Under the pieces are notes generated by a model that saw only the letters and a list, made by a program, of their open reading frames with translations, had not been told where the DNA came from and did not search any database. DNA of 64,000 bases from a virus, in IMG/VR virus record IMGVR_UViG_3300015371_000006, positions 1 to 64,000 of that record, one strand, 5' to 3'. This document shows, piece after piece, positions 63,001 through 64,000 of the stretch (positions within the stretch are counted from its first letter, which is position 1; every line of letters begins with the position of its first letter). The position numbers and the translations under genes were made by a program.

Positions 63001-64000
63001 TTTCGACCAGCTGCACGGCCTTGTAGTCGCCGTTGATGGTGCCGGTCAGGCCGCTGTTCAGGTCTTGGATCTGCGTCAGGCCCAGCGTGGGCGTGTCCTT
63101 GATCTCATACGGCGTCCCGTTGACCTTGAACTTGTCGCCGATCTGCATCTTGGCGATGGGCTTCGCGTCGTCGGTGCCGAATTGCCAGGCGGCCGGGTCG
63201 AAGCCGCTCTCCTCGACCTTGGTCGGCGGCACGTTGCCCAGCAGCTTGTAGTTCGGGTAGCCCTCTTGGAAGGCCATCTCCTCGCCGTTGTATTTCAGCC
63301 CGCCCTCGCCGTCGGGCACGATCTTGTGGATGCGCAGCCCGCTGGGGCTGGCAGGGTCGGCGTTGACGTAGTAGAGGGTGCCCTGCAGGCCCATCAGGAA
63401 GTCACCTGCGCCCGCGTGCGACTCGGCTGCCTCCAGCGCCTCGGGGTTGCCGTTGGGGTCGAGGTTGTCGAATGGCAGCCCCAGCTTCCCCAGCTCCTCG
63501 GGTGACCAGCCGGACTTGATCTCGGGCAGCTTGTCGGCGTACTCCTCCAGCGCGGTGATCGCAGCGGGCGGTGGCGGCAGGTGCGCCGAGCCCTTCATCT
63601 TGATCTCGGCTGCGACCGGCGGCACGGGCAGCGGCTCGCCGCCTCGGACAGCCGACAGGAACATGCGGATCGTGTCGCCGCCTCGGGGCTGCTTGGTCAT
63701 CTTCCCCAGCCACTGGCGGTAGCCGGACGGCACCTCGTCGTTGTGGTAGCTGATCGCCTGGTCCGGGTCCAGCACCATCTGGTAGGGGATCGCCACCTCC
63801 TGCTCGCCGTGGCAGCTCCCCTGCGCGTTCTTCATCGGCCCCGAGACGTAGGTCGCCATGACGATGTGGCGCATGCTGACCGCCGTCGCCACGCCGGTCT
63901 GCTTCTTGCCGATGGCCTCGCTGTTGAAGCTGCAGCTCAGGCCGCTGAACACCCTCGCCTTGCCGCTGATGAACTTCTTCCACCACGAGGTCGGCTTCGC
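60068..64000 (-). CDS. 3' part of a giant multidomain protein: ART-like segment plus ~13 SH3/KOW-like repeats (5' end outside the window)
   Basis: Frame open to position 64000; SCS...GEQEV motif; recurring (L/M)xxGxx(F/V)...G..(Y/W)xV units. Confidence 0.75.
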   Translation of the reverse strand, partial: AKPTSWWKKFISGKARVFSGLSCSFNSEAIGKKQTGVATAVSMRHIVMATYVSGPMKNAQGSCHGEQEVAIPYQMVLDPDQAISYHNDEVPSGYRQWLGKMTKQPRGGDTIRMFLSAVRGGEPLPVPPVAAEIKMKGSAHLPPPPAAITALEEYADKLPEIKSGWSPEELGKLGLPFDNLDPNGNPEALEAAESHAGAGDFLMGLQGTLYYVNADPASPSGLRIHKIVPDGEGGLKYNGEEMAFQEGYPNYKLLGNVPPTKVEESGFDPAAWQFGTDDAKPIAKMQIGDKFKVNGTPYEIKDTPTLGLTQIQDLNSGLTGTINGDYKAVQLVEIEGYFKLKQPPEKGMTLAYNGAKHVVTSVKKNGIVSIKEAKPGAKVVQIDPDNDALQGLFNPKAWKIGKSTQMGDLADGDLFHGGRGSRIRPYRVDSKDESWVYFTNLDTGETGKALLKKKVKSLESADGGVGHDHESPTNESQVKKSGPPKSLTPHSELKPGDTVQAEQLENFDTFIHDGKVWQVTGVSVGESGEKQITGNLIREDGTLNPQKTTMPAPSDNVTYGESHPALKPATTSPSLNQSEQAEDALFDIGDQLVPYKSSHGPGGAYKHERIKNLPAGTVFRDKTGKLFKLQVAGDEPIISDGQTNFTVSGKLRVRELPEETMDAPPPPGQGLDMAPAEPIKHHGYELGQTVEMKRADGKTWTGTVVGSATTPSGKDALLIQKGQKEYTVSLEKVVTQPGPQMTDVDEPGAVAAPPGATGAQVKLADIPVGQTVIYQDVRYKVTNNFDGFVDLENVATGGTVPMDTTVDNPTVITWPAPEAGIATADQEELFNSLANGDVVELTDGQTVKITDNQVAGTGIKGVYTTGGLKMVYAKDVKALATPAGGGTPISVEPPEGLAAPFPEAAFQPTTATLGEMPAGTQIKMASGSIYEVQGGPVNGQVEVTLLKKSFGSSGDPGETLKFEEGFVPGPPGGMALPPQTPTPTQTIPDHDPPTYDNTEGLAVDDLPIGSTYEYGGYKFMKSDHEKAVSLQNGTESTITGVVGALKPAKISVAPTPPDPEPTNIDQLQGGETFTGPDGEPWIVVAELANGEKVVGPSGPDAAGMTKVSPGTPLADLPEQPPAADPEAETETTPFTGGYLYDMEPEYEFENASGHPFQVVAFKTPPGPSQGNQVIVKDLQSGLLQVVSDQTKLDDVQPKAATELSSPDVEAETNTGGDAKALLAKILAEHGSISGVPMTDLLGYKSAWGSGGKYKHPHVKDLMPGQGFRDKGGNEYIYVQAAGGGLVLIWRPATGKAFLVSGVNRVRELDS

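Noticed and set aside
83-63505. Many long + strand and alternate-frame ORFs (e.g. 83-1546, 4998-6788, 16975-18714, 44700-46658, 61955-63505)
   Set aside because: These are shadow ORFs of high-GC coding DNA: Arg/Gly/Pro-rich or antisense to clear genes, with no recognisable motifs.
1-64000. Prophage boundaries, integrase, terminase or portal
   Set aside because: None is recognisable and no host housekeeping genes flank the region, so lifestyle and packaging mode cannot be determined from this window.

Overview
The window is a 64-kb, very GC-rich segment of a tailed dsDNA phage, almost all on the minus strand. It has a contractile (Mu/PBSX-like) tail and a probable actinobacterial host, inferred from an mIHF homologue, an L,D-transpeptidase and leaderless TAnnnT promoters. 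In transcription order (right to left) it contains: the 3' part of a giant protein with an ADP-ribosyltransferase-like motif and about 13 SH3/KOW-like repeats; a block of small non-structural genes (mIHF, DUF932, a polysaccharide-lyase-like gene); a 2.5-kaa modular protein divided by 13 GQxSP motifs; membrane, LamG and fibre-like genes; an inserted DNA-repair block (SSB, Ku, ATP-dependent ligase, orphan HicA); head genes (protease/scaffold, DUF2190, major capsid, HNH, neck); tail genes (sheath, tube, chaperone with -1 frameshift, tape measure, LysM, hub, spike-fibre, baseplate, fibres); a lysis cassette that includes an L,D-transpeptidase; a roughly 400-nt structured non-coding element; and a Bet recombinase. 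No terminase, portal, integrase, tRNA or CRISPR array was seen. The best candidate for an undescribed system is the non-coding element at about 1021-1420. It looks like a minus-strand structured RNA whose hairpin carries CCUUGGUCGG, the exact complement of a CCGACCAAGG motif found in the leaders of about 10 non-structural genes, mostly abutting the Shine-Dalgarno. All calls come from reading motifs by eye; no searches were run.
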